A stretch of DNA of 64,000 bases from Eledone cirrhosa. Taxonomy: Eukaryota. A program made the translations under genes and the position numbers. The DNA lies in assembly GCA_964016885.1 (NCBI GenBank), contig OZ024743.1, positions 25,358,001 to 25,422,000 on the forward strand, written 5' to 3'. Shown piece after piece: positions 37,091 to 50,430 of this stretch; the stretch's first letter is position 1; every line of letters begins with the position of its first letter. Under the pieces are notes generated by a model. That model had not been told where the DNA came from. It saw only the letters and a program-made list of their open reading frames with translations, and did not search any database.

Positions 37091-39129
37091 AGTTAAGAGA
37101 TGCGGAGAGTGAGAGAGATGGAGGCTTGACAGTGGGAGTTCGGCTCCTCTGTGTTCAGACCTGGTGTAGTTAAGAGATGGGGAGGGTGAGAGAGACGGAG
37201 GCTAGACAGTGGGAGTTCGGCTCCTCTGTGTTCGGATCTGGTGTAGTTAAGAGATGGGGAGGGTGAGAGAGATGGAGGCTAGACAGTGGGAGTTCGGCTC
37301 CTCTGTGTTCAAACCTGGTGTACTTGAGAGATGGGGAGGGTGAGAGAGATGGAGGCTTGACAGTGGGAGTTCGGCTCCTCTGTGTTCGGACCTGGTGTAG
37401 TTAAGAGATGGGGAGGGTGAGAGAGATGGAGGCTAGACAGTGGGAGTTCGGCTCCTCTGTGTTCGGAGCTGGTGTACTTGAGAGATGGGGAGGGTGAGAG
37501 AGATGGAGGCTTGACAGTGGGAGTTCGGCTCCTCTGTGTTCGGACCTGGTGTAGTTAAGAGATGGGGAGGGTGAGAGAAAGGGAGACTTGACAGTGGGAG
37601 TTCGGCTCCTCTGCGTTCTGACCTGATGTACTTGAGAAATAGGGAGGGTGAGAGAGATGGAGGCTGACAGTGGGAGTTCGGCCCCTCTGTGTTCGGAAGT
37701 GGTGTAGTTAAGAGATGGGGAGGGTGAGAGAGATGGAGACTTGACAGTGGGAGTTCGGCTCCTCTGTGTTCGGACTTGGTGTAGTTAAGAGATGGGGAGG
37801 TTGAGTGAGATGGAGATTTGACAGTGGGAGTTCGGCTCCTCTGTGTTCGGACCTGGTGCAGTTAAGAGATGGGGAGGGTGAGAGAGATGGAGGCTTGACA
37901 GTGGGAGTTCGGCTCCTCTGTGTTCGGACCTGGTGTAGTTAAGAGATGGGGAGGTTGAAAGAGATGGAGGCTTGACAGTGGGAGTTCGGCTCCTCTGTGT
38001 TCGGAACTGGTGTAGTTAAGAGATGGAGAGGGTGAGAGAGATGGAGGCTTGACAGTGGGATTTCGGCTCCTCTGTGTTCTGACCTGGTGTACTTGAGAGA
38101 TAGGGAGGGTGAGAGAGATGGAGGCTGACAGTGGGAGTTCGGCTCCTCTGTGTTCGGAACTGGTGTGGTTAAGAGATGGAGAGGGTGAGAGAGATGGAGG
38201 CTTGACAGTGGGATTTCGGCTCCTCTGTGTTCTGACCTGGTGTACTTGAGAGATAGGGAGGGTGAGAGAGATGGAGGCTGACAGTGGGAGTTCGGCCCCT
38301 CTGTGTTCGGAAGTGGTGTAGTTAAGAGATGGGGAGGGTGAGAGAGATGGAGACTTGACAGTGGGAGTTCGGCTCCTCTGTGTTCGGACTTGGTGTAGTT
38401 AAGAGATGGGGAGGTTGAGTGAGATGGAGATTTGACAGTGGGAGTTCGGCTCCTCTGTGTTCGGACCTGGTGCAGTTAAGAGATGGGGAGGCTGAGAGAG
38501 ATGGAGTCTGATAGTGGGAGTTCGGCCCCTCTGTATTCGGACCTGGTGTAGTTAAGAGATGGGGAGGCTGAGAGAGATGGAGACTTGACAGTGGGAGTTC
38601 GGCCCCTCTGTGTTCGGACTTGGTGTAGTTAAGAGATGGGGAGGTTGAGAGAGATGGAGGCTTGACAGTGGGAGTTCGGCTCCTCTGTGTTCTGACCTGG
38701 TGTACTTGAGAGATAGGGAGGGTGAGAGAGATGGAGGCTGACAGTGGGAGTTCGGCACCTCTGTGTTCGGAACTGGTGTAGTTAAGAGATGGGGAGGGTG
38801 AGAGAGATTGGGGCTTGACAGTGGGAGTTCGGCACCTCCGTGTTCGGACCTGGTGTAGTTAAGAGATGGGGAGGCTGAGAGAGATGGAGTCTGATAGTGG
38901 GAGTTCGGCTCTTCTGTATTCGGACCTGGTGTAGTTAAGAGATGGGGAGGCTGAGAGAGATGGAGACTTGACAGTGGGAGTTCGGCTCCTCCGTGTTCGG
39001 ACCTGGTGTACTTGATAGATGGGGAGGGTGAGAGAGATGGAGGCTTGACAGTGGGAGTTCGGCATCCCTGTGTTCGGACCTGGTGTAGTTAAGAGATGGA
39101 GAGGGTGAGAGAGATGGAGTCTGACAGTG

Positions 39130-42100
39130 GGAGTTCGGCTCCTCTGTGTTCGGACCTGGTGTACTTGAGAGATCGGGAGGTTGAGAGAGATGGAGGCTTG
39201 ATAGTGGGAGTTCGGCTCCTCTGTATTCGGACCTGGTGTAGTTAAGAGATGGGGAGGGTGAGAGAGATGGAGGCTTGATAGTGGGAGTTCGGCATCCCTG
39301 TGTTCGGACCTGGTGTAGTTAAGAGATGGAGAGGGTGAGAGAGATGGAGTCTGACAGTGGGAGTTGGGCTCCTCTGTATTCGGACCTGGTGTACTTGAGA
39401 GATGGGGAGGTTGAGAGAGATGGAGGCTTGTCAGTGGGAGTTCGGCTCCTCTGTGTTCGGACATGGTGTAGTTAAGAGATGGGGAGGTTGAGAGAGATGG
39501 AGCGTTGACAGTGGGAGTTGGGCTCCTCTGTATTCGGACCTGGTGTACTTGAGAGATGGGGAGGTTGAGAGAGATTGAGGCTTGACAGCGGGAGTTCGGC
39601 TCCTCTGTGTTCGGACCTGGTGTAGTTAAGAGATGGGGAGGGTGAGAGAGATGGAGGCTTGACAGTGGGAGTTCGGCTCTTCTGTGTTCGGACCTGGTGT
39701 AGTTAAGAGATGGGGAGGGTGAGAGAGATGGAGGCTTGACAGTGGGAGGTCGGCTCCTCTGTGTTCGGACCTGTTGTAGCTCAGAGATGGGGAGGGTGAG
39801 AGAGATTGGGGATTGACAGTGGGAGTTCGGTTCCTCTGTGTTCGGACCTGGTGTAGTTAAGAGATGCGGAGAGTGAGAGAGATGTAGGCTTGACAGTGGG
39901 AGTTCGGCTCTTCTGTATTCAGACCTGGTGTAGTTAAGAGATGGGGAGGGTGAGAGAGATGGAGGTTTGACAGTGGGAGTTCGGCTCTTCTGTGTTTGGA
40001 CCTGGTGTAGTTAAGAGATGAGGAGGGTGAGAGAGATGGAGGCTTGACAGTGGGAGTTCGGCTCCTCTGTGTTAGGAGCTTGTGTAGTTAAGAGATGGGG
40101 AGGGTGAGAGAGATGGAGGCTTGACAGTGGTAGTTCGGCTCCTCTGTGTTCGGACCTGGTGTAGTTAAGAGATCGGGAGGGTGAGAGAGATGGAGGCTTG
40201 ACAGTGGGAGTTCGGGTCCTCTGTGTTCGAACCTGATGTAGTTAAGAGATGGGGAGGGTGAGAGAGATGGAGGTTTGACAGTGGGAGTTCGGCTCTTCTG
40301 TGTTTGGACCTGGTGTAGTTAAGAGATGAGGAGGGTGAGAGAGATGGAGGCTTGACAGTGGGTGTTAGGCTCTTCTGTGTTTGGACCTGGTGTAGTTAAG
40401 AGATGAGGAGGGTGAGAGAGATGGAGGCTTGACAGTGGGTGTTAGGCTCTTCTGTGTTTGGACCTGGTGTAGTTAAGAGATGGGGAGGGTGAGAGAGATG
40501 GAGGTTTGACAGTGGGAGTTCGGCTCTTCTGTGTTCGGAACTGGTGTAGTTAAGAGATGAGAAGGGTGAGAGAGATGGAGGCTTGACAGTGGGTGTTAGG
40601 CTCTTCTGTGTTTGGACCTGGTGTAGTTAAGATATGAGGAGGGTGAGAGAGATGGAGGGTTGACAATGGGAGTTCGGCACCTCTGTGTTAGGAGCTTGTG
40701 TAGTTAAGAGATGAGGAGGGTGAGAGAGATGGAGGCTTGACAGTGGGAGTTCGGCTCCTCTGTGTTCGGACCTGGTGTAGTTAAGAGATGTGGTGAGTGA
40801 GAGAGATGGAGGCTTGACAGTGGGAGTTAAGCTCTTCTGTGTTCGGACCTGGTGTAGTTAAGAGATGGGGAGGGTGAGAGAGATGGAGGCTTGACAGTGG
40901 GAGTTCGGCTCCTCTGTGTTCGGACCTGGTGTAGTTAAGAGATGGGGAGGGTGAGAGAGATGGAGGCTTGACAGTGGGAGTTCGGCTCCTCTGTGTTCGG
41001 ACCTGGTGTAGTTAAGATATGGGGAGTGTGAGAGAGATGGAGGCTTGACAGTGGGAGTTCGGCTCCTCTGTGTTCGGACCTGGTGTAGTTAAGAGATGGG
41101 GAGTGTGAGAGAGATGGAGGCTTGACAGTGGGAGTTCGGCTCCTCTGTGTTCGGACCTGGTGTAGTTAAGAGATGGGGAGGGTGAGAGAGATGGAGGCTT
41201 GACAGTGGGAGTTCGGCTCCTCTGTGTTCGGACCTGGTGTAGTTAAGATATGGGGAGTGTGAGAGAGATGGAGGCTTGACAGTGGGAGTTCGGCTCCTCT
41301 GTGTTCGGGCCTGGTGTAGTTAAAAGATCGGGAGGGTAAGAGAGATGGAGGTTTGACAGTGGGAGTTCGGCTCCTCTGTGTTCGGACCTGGTGTAGTTAA
41401 GAGATGGGGAGGGTGAGAGAGATCGAGACTTGACAGTGGGAGTTCGGCTCCTTTGTGATCGGACCTGGTGTAGTTAAGAGATGGGTAGGGTGAGAGAGAT
41501 GGAGGTTTGACAGTGGGAGTTCGGCTCCTCTGTGTTCGGACCTGGTGTACTTGAGAGATCGGGAGGTTGAGAGAGATGGAGGCTTGATAGTGGGAGTTCG
41601 GCTCCTCTGTATTCGGACCTGGTGTAGTTAAGAGATGGGGAGGGTGAGAGAGATGGAGGCTTGATAGTGGGAGTTCGGCATCCCTGTGTTCGGACCTGGT
41701 GTAGTTAAGAGATGGAGAGGGTGAGAGAGATGTAGTCTGACAGTGGGAGTTGGGCTCCTCTGTATTCGGACCTGGTGTACTTGAGAGATGGGTAGGTTGA
41801 GAGAGATGGAGGCTTGTCAGTGGGAGTTCGGCTCCTCTGTGTTCGGACATGGTGTAGTTAAGAGATGGGGAGGTTGAGAGAGATGGAGCGTTGACAGTGG
41901 GAGTTGGGCTCCTCTGTATTCGGACCTGGTGTACTTGAGAGATGGGGAGGTTGAGAGAGATTGAGGCTTGACAGCGGGAGTTCGGCTCCTCTGTGTTCGG
42001 ACCTGGTGTAGTTAAGAGATGGGGAGGGTGAGAGAGATGGAGGCTTGACAGTGGGAGTTCGGCTCTTCTGTGTTCGGACCTGGTGTAGTTAAGAGATGGG

Positions 42101-43900
42101 GAGGGTGAGAGAGATGGAGGCTTGACAGTGGGAGGTCGGCTCCTCTGTGTTCGGACCTGTTGTAGCTCAGAGATGGGGAGGGTGAGAGAGATTGGGGATT
42201 GACAGTGGGAGTTCGGTTCCTCTGTGTTCGGACCTGGTGTAGTTAAGAGATGCGGAGAGTGAGAGAGATGTAGGCTTGACAGTGGGAGTTCGGCTCTTCT
42301 GTGTTCAGACCTGGTGTAGTTAAGAGATGGGGAGGGTGAGAGAGATGGAGGTTTGACAGTGGGAGTTCGGCTCTTCTGTGTTTGGACCTGGTGTAGTTAA
42401 GAGATGAGGAGGGTGAGAGAGATGGAGGCTTGACAGTGGGAGTTCGGCTCCTCTGTGTTAGGAGCTTGTGTAGTTAAGAGATGGGGAGGGTGAGAGAGAT
42501 GGAGGCTTGACAGTGGTAGTTCGGCTCCTCTGTGTTCGGACCTGGTGTAGTTAAGAGATCGGGAGGGTGAGAGAGATGGAGGCTTGACAGTGGGAGTTCG
42601 GGTCCTCTGTGTTCGAACCTGATGTAGTTAAGAGATGGGGAGGGTGAGAGAGATGGAGGTTTGACAGTGGGAGTTCGGCTCTTCTGTGTTTGGACCTGGT
42701 GTAGTTAAGAGATGAGGAGGGTGAGAGAGATGGAGGCTTGACAGTGGCTGTTAGGCTCTTCTGTGTTTGGACCTGGTGTAGTTAAGAGATGAGGAGGGTG
42801 AGAGAGATGGAGGCTTGACAGTGGGTGTTAGGCTCTTCTGTGTTTGGACCTGGTGTAGTTAAGAGATGGGGAGGGTGAGAGAGATGGAGGTTTGACAGTG
42901 GGAGTTCGGCTCTTCTGTGTTCGGAACTGGTGTAGTTAAGAGATGAGAAGGGTGAGAGAGATGGAGGCTTGACAGTGGGTGTTAGGCTCTTCTGTGTTTG
43001 GACCTGGTGTAGTTAAGATATGAGGAGGGTGAGAGAGATGGAGGGTTGACAATGGGAGTTCGGCACCTCTGTGTTAGGAGCTTGTGTAGTTAAGAGATGA
43101 GGAGGGTGAGAGAGATGGAGGCTTGACAGTGGGAGTTCGGCTCCTCTGTGTTCGGACCTGGTGTAGTTAAGAGATGTGGTCAGTGAGAGAGATGGAGGCT
43201 TGACAGTGGGAGTTCAGCTCTTCTGTGTTCGGACCTGGTGTAGTTAAGAGATGGGGAGGGTGAGAGAGATGGAGGCTTGACAGTGGGAGTTCGGCTCCTC
43301 TGTGTTCGGACCTGGTGTAGTTAAGAGATGGGGAGGGTGAGAGAGATGGAGGCTTGACAGTGGGAGTTCGGCTCCTCTGTGTTCGGACCTGGTGTAGTTA
43401 AGATATGGGGAGTGTGAGAGAGATGGAGGCTTGACAGTGGGAGTTCGGCTCCTCTGTGTTCGGACCTGGTGTAGTTAAGAGATGGGGAGTGTGAGAGAGA
43501 TGGAGGCTTGACAGTGGGAGTTCGGCTCCTCTGTGTTCGGACCTGGTGTAGTTAAGAGATGGGGAGGGTGAGAGAGATGGAGGCTTGACAGTGGGAGTTC
43601 GGCTCCTCTGTGTTCGGACCTGGTGTAGTTAAGATATGGGGAGTGTGAGAGAGATGGAGGCTTGACAGTGGGAGTTCGGCTCCTCTGTGTTCGGGCCTGG
43701 TGTAGTTAAAAGATCGGGAGGGTAAGAGAGATGGAGGTTTGACAGTGGGAGTTCGGCTCCTCTGTGTTCGGACCTGGTGTTGTTAAGAGATGGGGAGGGT
43801 GAGAGAGATCGAGACTTGACAGTGGTAGTTCGGCTCCTTTGTGATCGGACCTGGTGTAGTTAAGAGATGGGTAGGGTGAGAGAGATGGAGGTTTGACAGT
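39130..43900 (+). repeat. Recent tandem duplication, 2386-bp unit (31 monomers) x2
   Basis: GCTTGTCAG (TCAG at 39431/41817), GATATGAGGA (40631/43017), GATCGAGACT (41421/43807) and ATGGGTAGGG (41481/43867) are all offset by 2386 = 31x77-1. Confidence 0.93.
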
Positions 43901-44729
43901 GGGAGTTCGGCTCCTCTGTGTTCGGATCTGGTGTAGTTAAGAGATGGGGAGGGTGAGAGAGATGGAGACTTGACAGTGGGAATTCGGCTCCTCTGTGTTC
44001 GGACCTGGTGTAGTTAAGAGATGGGGAGGATGAGAGAGATGGAGGTTTGACAGTGGGAGTTCGGCACCTCCGTGTTCGGACCTGGTGTAGTTAATAGATT
44101 GGTAGGGGGGAGGGGTTAGATAGATGGAGGCTTGACAGTGGGAGTTAGGCTCCTCTGTGTTCGGACCTGGTGTAGTTGAGAGATAGGGAGGGTGAGAGAG
44201 TTGGAGACTTGACAGTGGGAGTTCGGCCTCCTCTGTGTTCGGACATGGTGTAGTTAAGAGATGGGGAGAGTGAGAGAGATGGAGGCTTGACAGCGGGAGT
44301 CCGGCTCCTCTGTTTTCGGACCTGGTGTAGTTGAGAGATAGGGAGGGTGAGAGAGTTGGAGGCTTGACAGTGGGAGTTCGGCTCCTCTGTGTTCGGACCT
44401 GGTGTAGTTAAGAGATGGGGCGGGTGAGAGAGATGGAGGCTTGACAGTGGGTGTTCGGCACCTCTGTGTTCGGAACAGGTGTAGTTAAGAGATGGGGAGA
44501 GTGAGAGAGATGGAGGCTTGACAGTGGCAGTTCGGCTCCTCTGTGTTCGGACCTGGTGTAGTTAAGTGATGGGGAGGGTGAGAGAGATTGGGGATTGACA
44601 GTGGGAGTTCGGCTCCTCTGTGTTAGAAGTTTGTGTAGTTAAGAGATGGGGATGTTGAGGGAGATGGAGGCTTGACAGTGGGAGTTCGGCTCTTCTGTGT
44701 TCGGACCTGGTGTAGTTAAGAGATGAGGA

Positions 44730-47050
44730 TGGTGAGAGAGATGGAGGCTTGACAGTGGGTGTTAGGCTCTTCTGTGTTTGGACCTAGTGTAGTTAAGAGA
44801 TGGGGAGGGTGAGAGAGATGGAGGCTTGACAGTGGGTGTTCGGCTCCTCTGTGTTCGGACCTGGTGTAGTTAAGAGATGGGGAGGGTGAGAGAGATGGAG
44901 GCTTGACAGTGAGAGTTCGGCTCTTCTGTGTTTGGACCTGGTGTAGTTAAGAGATGGGGAGGGTGAGAGAGATGGAGGCTTGACAGTGGGATTTCGGCTT
45001 TTCTGTGTTCGGATCTGGTGTAGTTAAGAGATGGGGAGGATGAGAGAGATGTAGACTTGACAGTGGGAGTTCGGCTCCTATGTGTTCGGACCTGGTGTAG
45101 TTAAGAGATGGGGAGGGTGAGAGAGATGGAGGCTTGACAGTGGGCGTTCGGCTCCTCTTTGTTCAAACCTGGTGTAGTTAAGAGATGGGAAGGTTGAGAG
45201 AGATGGAGGCTTGACAGTGGGAGTTCGGCTCCTATGTGTTCGGACCTGGTGTAGTTAAGAGATGGGGAGGGTGAGAGAGATGGAGGCTTGACAGTGGGAG
45301 TTCGGCTCCTATGTGTTCGGAACTGGTGTAGTTAAGAGATGGGGAGGGTGAGAGAGATGGCGGCTTGACAGTGGGAGTTCGGCTCCTATGTGTTCGGACC
45401 TGGTGTAGTTAAGAGATGGGGAGGGTGAGAGAGATGGAGACTTGACAGTGGGAGTTCGGCTCTTCTGTGTTCGGATCTGGTGTAGTTAAGAGATGGGGAG
45501 GGTGAGAGAGATGGATGCTTGATAGTGGGAGTTCGGCTCCTCTGTGTTCGGACCTGATGTAGTAAAGAGTTGGGGAGGGTGAGAGAGATTGGGGCTTGAC
45601 AGTGGGTGTTCGGCTCCTCTCTGTTAGGAGCTTGTGTAGTTAAGTGATGGGGAGGTTGAGAGAGATGGAGGCTTGATAGTGGGAGTTCGGCTGCTCTGTG
45701 TTCGGACCTGGTGTATTTAGGAGATGGGGGGGGGGGGTGAGAGAGACGGAGGCTTGACAGTGGGAGTTCGGCTCCTCTGTGTAGTTAAGAGATGGTGAGG
45801 GTGAGAGTGATGGATGCTTGACAGTCGGAGTTCGGCTCCTCTGTGTTCGGACCTGATTTAGTTAAGAGATGGGGAGGGTGAGAGAGATGGAGGCTTGACA
45901 GTGGGTGTTAGGCTCTTCTGTGTTTGGACCTAGTGTAGTTAAGAGATGGGGAGGGTGAGAGAGATGGAGGCTTGACAGTGGGTGTTCGGCTCCTCTGTGT
46001 TCGGACCTGGTGTAGTTAAGAGATGGGGAGGGTGAGAGAGATGGAGGCTTGACAGTGAGAGTTCGGCTCTTCTGTGTTTGGACCTGGTGTAGTTAAGAGA
46101 TGGGGAGGGTGAGAGAGATGGAGGCTTGACAGTGGGATTTCGGCTTTTCTGTGTTCGGATCTGGTGTAGTTAAGAGATGGGGAGGATGAGAGAGATGTAG
46201 ACTTGACAGTGGGAGTTCGGCTCCTATGTGTTCGGACCTGGTGTAGTTAAGAGATGGGGAGTGTGAGAGAGATGGAGGCTTGACAGTGGGCGTTCGGCTC
46301 CTCTTTGTTCAAACCTGGTGTAGTTAAGAGATGGGAAGGTTGAGAGAGATGGAGGCTTGACAGTGGGAGTTCGGCTCCTATGTGTTCGGACCTGGTGTAG
46401 TTAAGAGATGGGGAGGGTGAGAGAGATGGAGGCTTGACAGTGGGAGTTCGGCTCCTATGTGTTCGGAACTGGTGTAGTTAAGAGATGGGGAGGGTGAGAG
46501 AGATGGCGGCTTGACAGTGGGAGTTCGGCTCCTCTGTGTTCGGACCTGGTGTAGTTAAGAGATGGGGAGGGTGAGAGAGATGGAGACTTGACAGTGGGAG
46601 TTCGGCTCTTCTGTGTTCGGATCTGGTGTAGTTAAGAGATGGGGAGGGTGAGAGAGATGGATGCTTGATAGTGGGAGTTCGGCTCCTCTGTGTTCGGACC
46701 TGATGTAGTAAAGAGTTGGGGAGGGTGAGAGAGATTGGGGCTTGACAGTGGGTGTTCGGCTCCTCTCTGTTAGGAGCTTGTGTAGTTAAGTGATGGGGAG
46801 GTTGAGAGAGATGGAGGCTTGATAGTGGGAGTTCGGCTGCTCTGTGTTCGGACCTGGTGTATTTAGGAGATGGGGGTGGGGGAGTGAGAGAGACGGAGGC
46901 TTGACAGTGGGAGTTCGGCTCCTCTGTGTAGTTAAGAGATGGTGAGGGTGAGAGTGATGGATGCTTGACAGTCGGAGTTCGGCTCCTCTGTGTTCGGACC
47001 TGATTTAGTTAAGAGATGGGGAGGGTGAGAAAGATGGAGGCTTGACAGTG
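44730..47050 (+). repeat. Tandem duplication, 1146-bp unit (15 monomers) x2, with a G-run expansion and a 13-bp deletion
   Basis: GACCTAGTGT (44781/45927) and ATTTAGGAG (45715/46861) are offset by 1146 = 15x77-13+4. Confidence 0.92.
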
Positions 47051-49959
47051 GGTGTTAGGCTCTTCTGTGTTTGGACCTGGTGTAGTTAAGAGATGAGGAG
47101 GGTGAGAGAGATGGAGGCTCGACAGTGGGAGTTCGGCTCCTATGTGTTCGGACCTGGTGCAGTTAAGAGATGGGGAGGGTGAGAGAGACTGAGCCTTGAC
47201 AGTGGGAGTTCGGCTCCTGTGTGTTCGGACCTGGTGTACTTGAGAGATAGGGAAGGCGAGAGAGATGGTGGCTTGACAGTGGGAGTTCGGCTCCTCTGTG
47301 TTTGGACCTGGTGTAGTTAAGAGATGGTGAGGGTGAGAGAGATGGTGGCTTGACAGTGGGAGTTAGGCTCCTCTGTGTTGGGACCTGGTGTACTTGAGTG
47401 ATAGGGAAGGCGAGAGAGATGGTGGCTTGACAGTGGGAGTTCGGGTCCTCTGTGTTTGGACCTGGTGTAGTTAAGAGATGGGGAGGGTGAGAGAGATGGA
47501 GGTTGACAGTGGGAGTTCGGCTCCTCTGTGTTCGGACCTGGTGTACTTGAGAGATAGGGAAGGCGAGAGAGATGGTGGCTTGACAGTGGGAGTTCGGCTC
47601 CCCTGTGTTTGGACCTGGTGTAGTTAAGAGATGGTGAGGGTGAGAGAGATGGAGGCTTGACAGTGGGAGTTAGGCTCCTCTGTGTTGGGACCTGGTGTAC
47701 TTCAGAGATAGGGGAGGCGAGAGAGATGGTGGCTTGACAGTGGGAGTTCGGCTCCTCTGTGATCTGACCTGGTGTACTTGAGAGATGGGGAGGGTGAGAG
47801 AGATGGAGGCTTGACAGTGGGAGTGCGGCTCCTCTGTGTTCGGATCTGGTGTAGTTAAGAGATGGGGAGGGTGAGAGAGATGGAGACTTGACAGTGGGCG
47901 TTCGGCTCCTCTGTGTTCGGACCTGGTGTAGTTAAGAGATGGAGAGGGTGAGAGAGATGGAGACTTGACAGTTGGCGTTCGGCTCCTCTGTGTTCGGACC
48001 TGGTGTAGTTAAGAGATGGAGAGGGTGAGAGAGATGGAGACTTGACAGTGGGAGTTCGGCTCCTCTGCGTTCGGACCTGGTGTAGTTGAGAGATAGGGAG
48101 GGTGAGAGAGTGGGAGACTTGACAGTGGGAGTTCGGCTCCTCTGTGTTTGGACCTGGTGTAGTTAAGAGATGGGGAGGGCGAGAGAGATGGAGGCTTGAC
48201 AGTGGGCGTTCGGCTCCTCTGTGTTCGGACCTGGTGTAGTTGAGAGATAGGGAGGGTGAGAGAGTTGGAGACATGACAGTGGGAGTTCGGCTCCTCTGTG
48301 TTCGGACCTGGTGTAGTTAAGAGATGGGGAGGGTGAGAGAGATGGAGACTTGATAGTGGGAGTTCGGCTCCTCTGTGTTCGAACCTGATGTAGTTAAGAG
48401 ATGGGGAGGGTGAGAGAGATGGATGCTTGACAGTGGGATTTCGGCTCCTCTGTGTTCGGACCAGGTGTAGTTAAGAGATGCAGAGAGTGAGAGAGATGGA
48501 GGCTTGACAGTGGGAGTTCGGGTCCTATGTGTTCGGACCTGGTGTACTTGAGAAAAGGGGAGACTGAGAGAGATTGGGGATTGACAGTGGGAGTTCGGCT
48601 CCTCTGTGTTAGGAGTTTGTGTAGTTAAGAGATGGGGAGGTTGAGGGAGATGGAGGCTTGACAGTGGGAGTTCGGCTCTTCTGTGTTCGGAACTGGTGTA
48701 GTTAAGAGATGAGAAGGGTGAGAGAGATGGAGGCTTGACAGTGGGTGTTAGGCTCTTCTGTGTTTGGACCTGGTGTAGTTAAGAGATGAGGAGGGTGAGA
48801 GAGATGGAGGCTTGACAGTGGGAGTTCGGCTCCTCTGTGTTCGGACCTGGTGTAGTTAAGAGATGCGGTGAGTGAGAGAGATGGAGGCTTGACAGTGGGA
48901 GTTCGGCCCTTCTGTGTTCGGACCTGGTGTAGTTAAGAGATGGGGAGGGTGAGAGAGATGGAGGCTTGACAGTGGGAGTTCGGCTCCTCTGTGTTGGGAC
49001 CTGGTGTAGTTAATAGATTGGTAGGGGGGGGGGTGAGATAGATGGAGGCTTGACAGTGGGAGTTAGGATCCTCTGTGTTCGGACCTGGTGTAGTTGAGAG
49101 ATAGGGAGGGTGAGAGAGTTGGAGACTTGACAGTGGGAGTTCGGCTCCTCTGTGTTCGGACATGGTGTAGTTAAGAGATGGGGAGAGTGAGAGAGATGGA
49201 GGCTTGACAGCGGGAGTCCGGCTCCTCTGTTTTCGGACCTGGTGTAGTTGAGTGATAGGGAGGGTGAGAGAGTTGGAGGCTTGACAGTGGGAGTTCGGCT
49301 CCTCTGTGTTCGGACATGGTGTAGTTAGGAGATGGAGAGGGTGAGTGAGATGTCGACTTGACAGTGGGAGTTCGGCTCCTCTGTGTTCGGACCTGGTGTA
49401 GTTAAGAGATGGGGCGGGTGAGAGAGATGGAGGCTTGACAGTGGGTGTTCGGCACCTCTGTGTTCGGAACAGGTGTAGTTAAGAGATGGGGAGAGTGAGA
49501 GAGATGGAGGCTTGACAGTGGCAGTTCGGCTCCTCTGTGTTCGGACCTGGTGTAGTTAAGTGATGGGGAGGGTGAGAGAGATGGAGGCTTGACAGTGGGA
49601 GTTCGGGTCCTATGTGTTCGGACCTGGTGTACTTGAGAAAAGGGGAGAGTGAGAGAGATTGGGGATTGACAGTGGGAGTTCGGCTCCTCTGTGTTAGGAG
49701 TTTGTGTAGTTAAGAGATGGGGATGTTGAGGGAGATGGAGGCTTGACAGTGGGAGTTCGGCTCTTCTGTGTTTGGACCTGGTGTAGTTAAGAGATGGGGA
49801 GGGTGAGAGAGATGGAGGCTTGACAGTGGGTGTTCGGATCCTCTGTGTTCGGACCTGGTGTAGTTAAGAGATGGGGAGAGTGAGAGAGATGGAGGCTTGA
49901 CAGTGGGTGTTCGGCTCCTCTGTGTTCGGACCTGGTGTAGTTAAGAGATGGGGAGGGTG

Positions 49960-50430
49960 AGAGAGATGGAGGCTTGACAGTGAGAGTTCGGCTCTTCTGT
50001 GTTTGGACCTGGTGTAGTTAAGAGATGCGGTGAGTGAGAGAGATGGAGGCTTGACAGTGGGATTTCGGCTTTTCTGTGTTCGGATCTGGTGTAGTTAAGA
50101 GATGGGGAGGATGAGAGAGATGTAGACTTGACAGTGGGAGTTCGGCTCCTATGTGTTCGGACCTGGTGTAGTTAAGAGATGGGGAGGGTGAGAGAGATGG
50201 AGGCTTGACAGTGAGAGTTCGGCTCTTCTGTGTTTGGACCTGGTGTAGTTAAGAGATGCGGTGAGTGAGAGAGATGGAGGCTTGACAGTGGGATTTCGGC
50301 TTTTCTGTGTTCGGATCTGGTGTAGTTAAGAGATGGGGAGGATGAGAGAGATGTAGACTTGACAGTGGGAGTTCGGCTCCTATGTGTTCGGACCTGGTGT
50401 AGTTAAGAGATGGGGAGGGTGAGAGAGATG
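49960..50430 (+). repeat. 231-bp trimer duplicated in tandem
   Basis: The series TGAGAGTT, GCGGTGAG, GGATTTCGGCTTTT, GATGTAGAC begins at 49981 and again at 50212. Confidence 0.88.
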
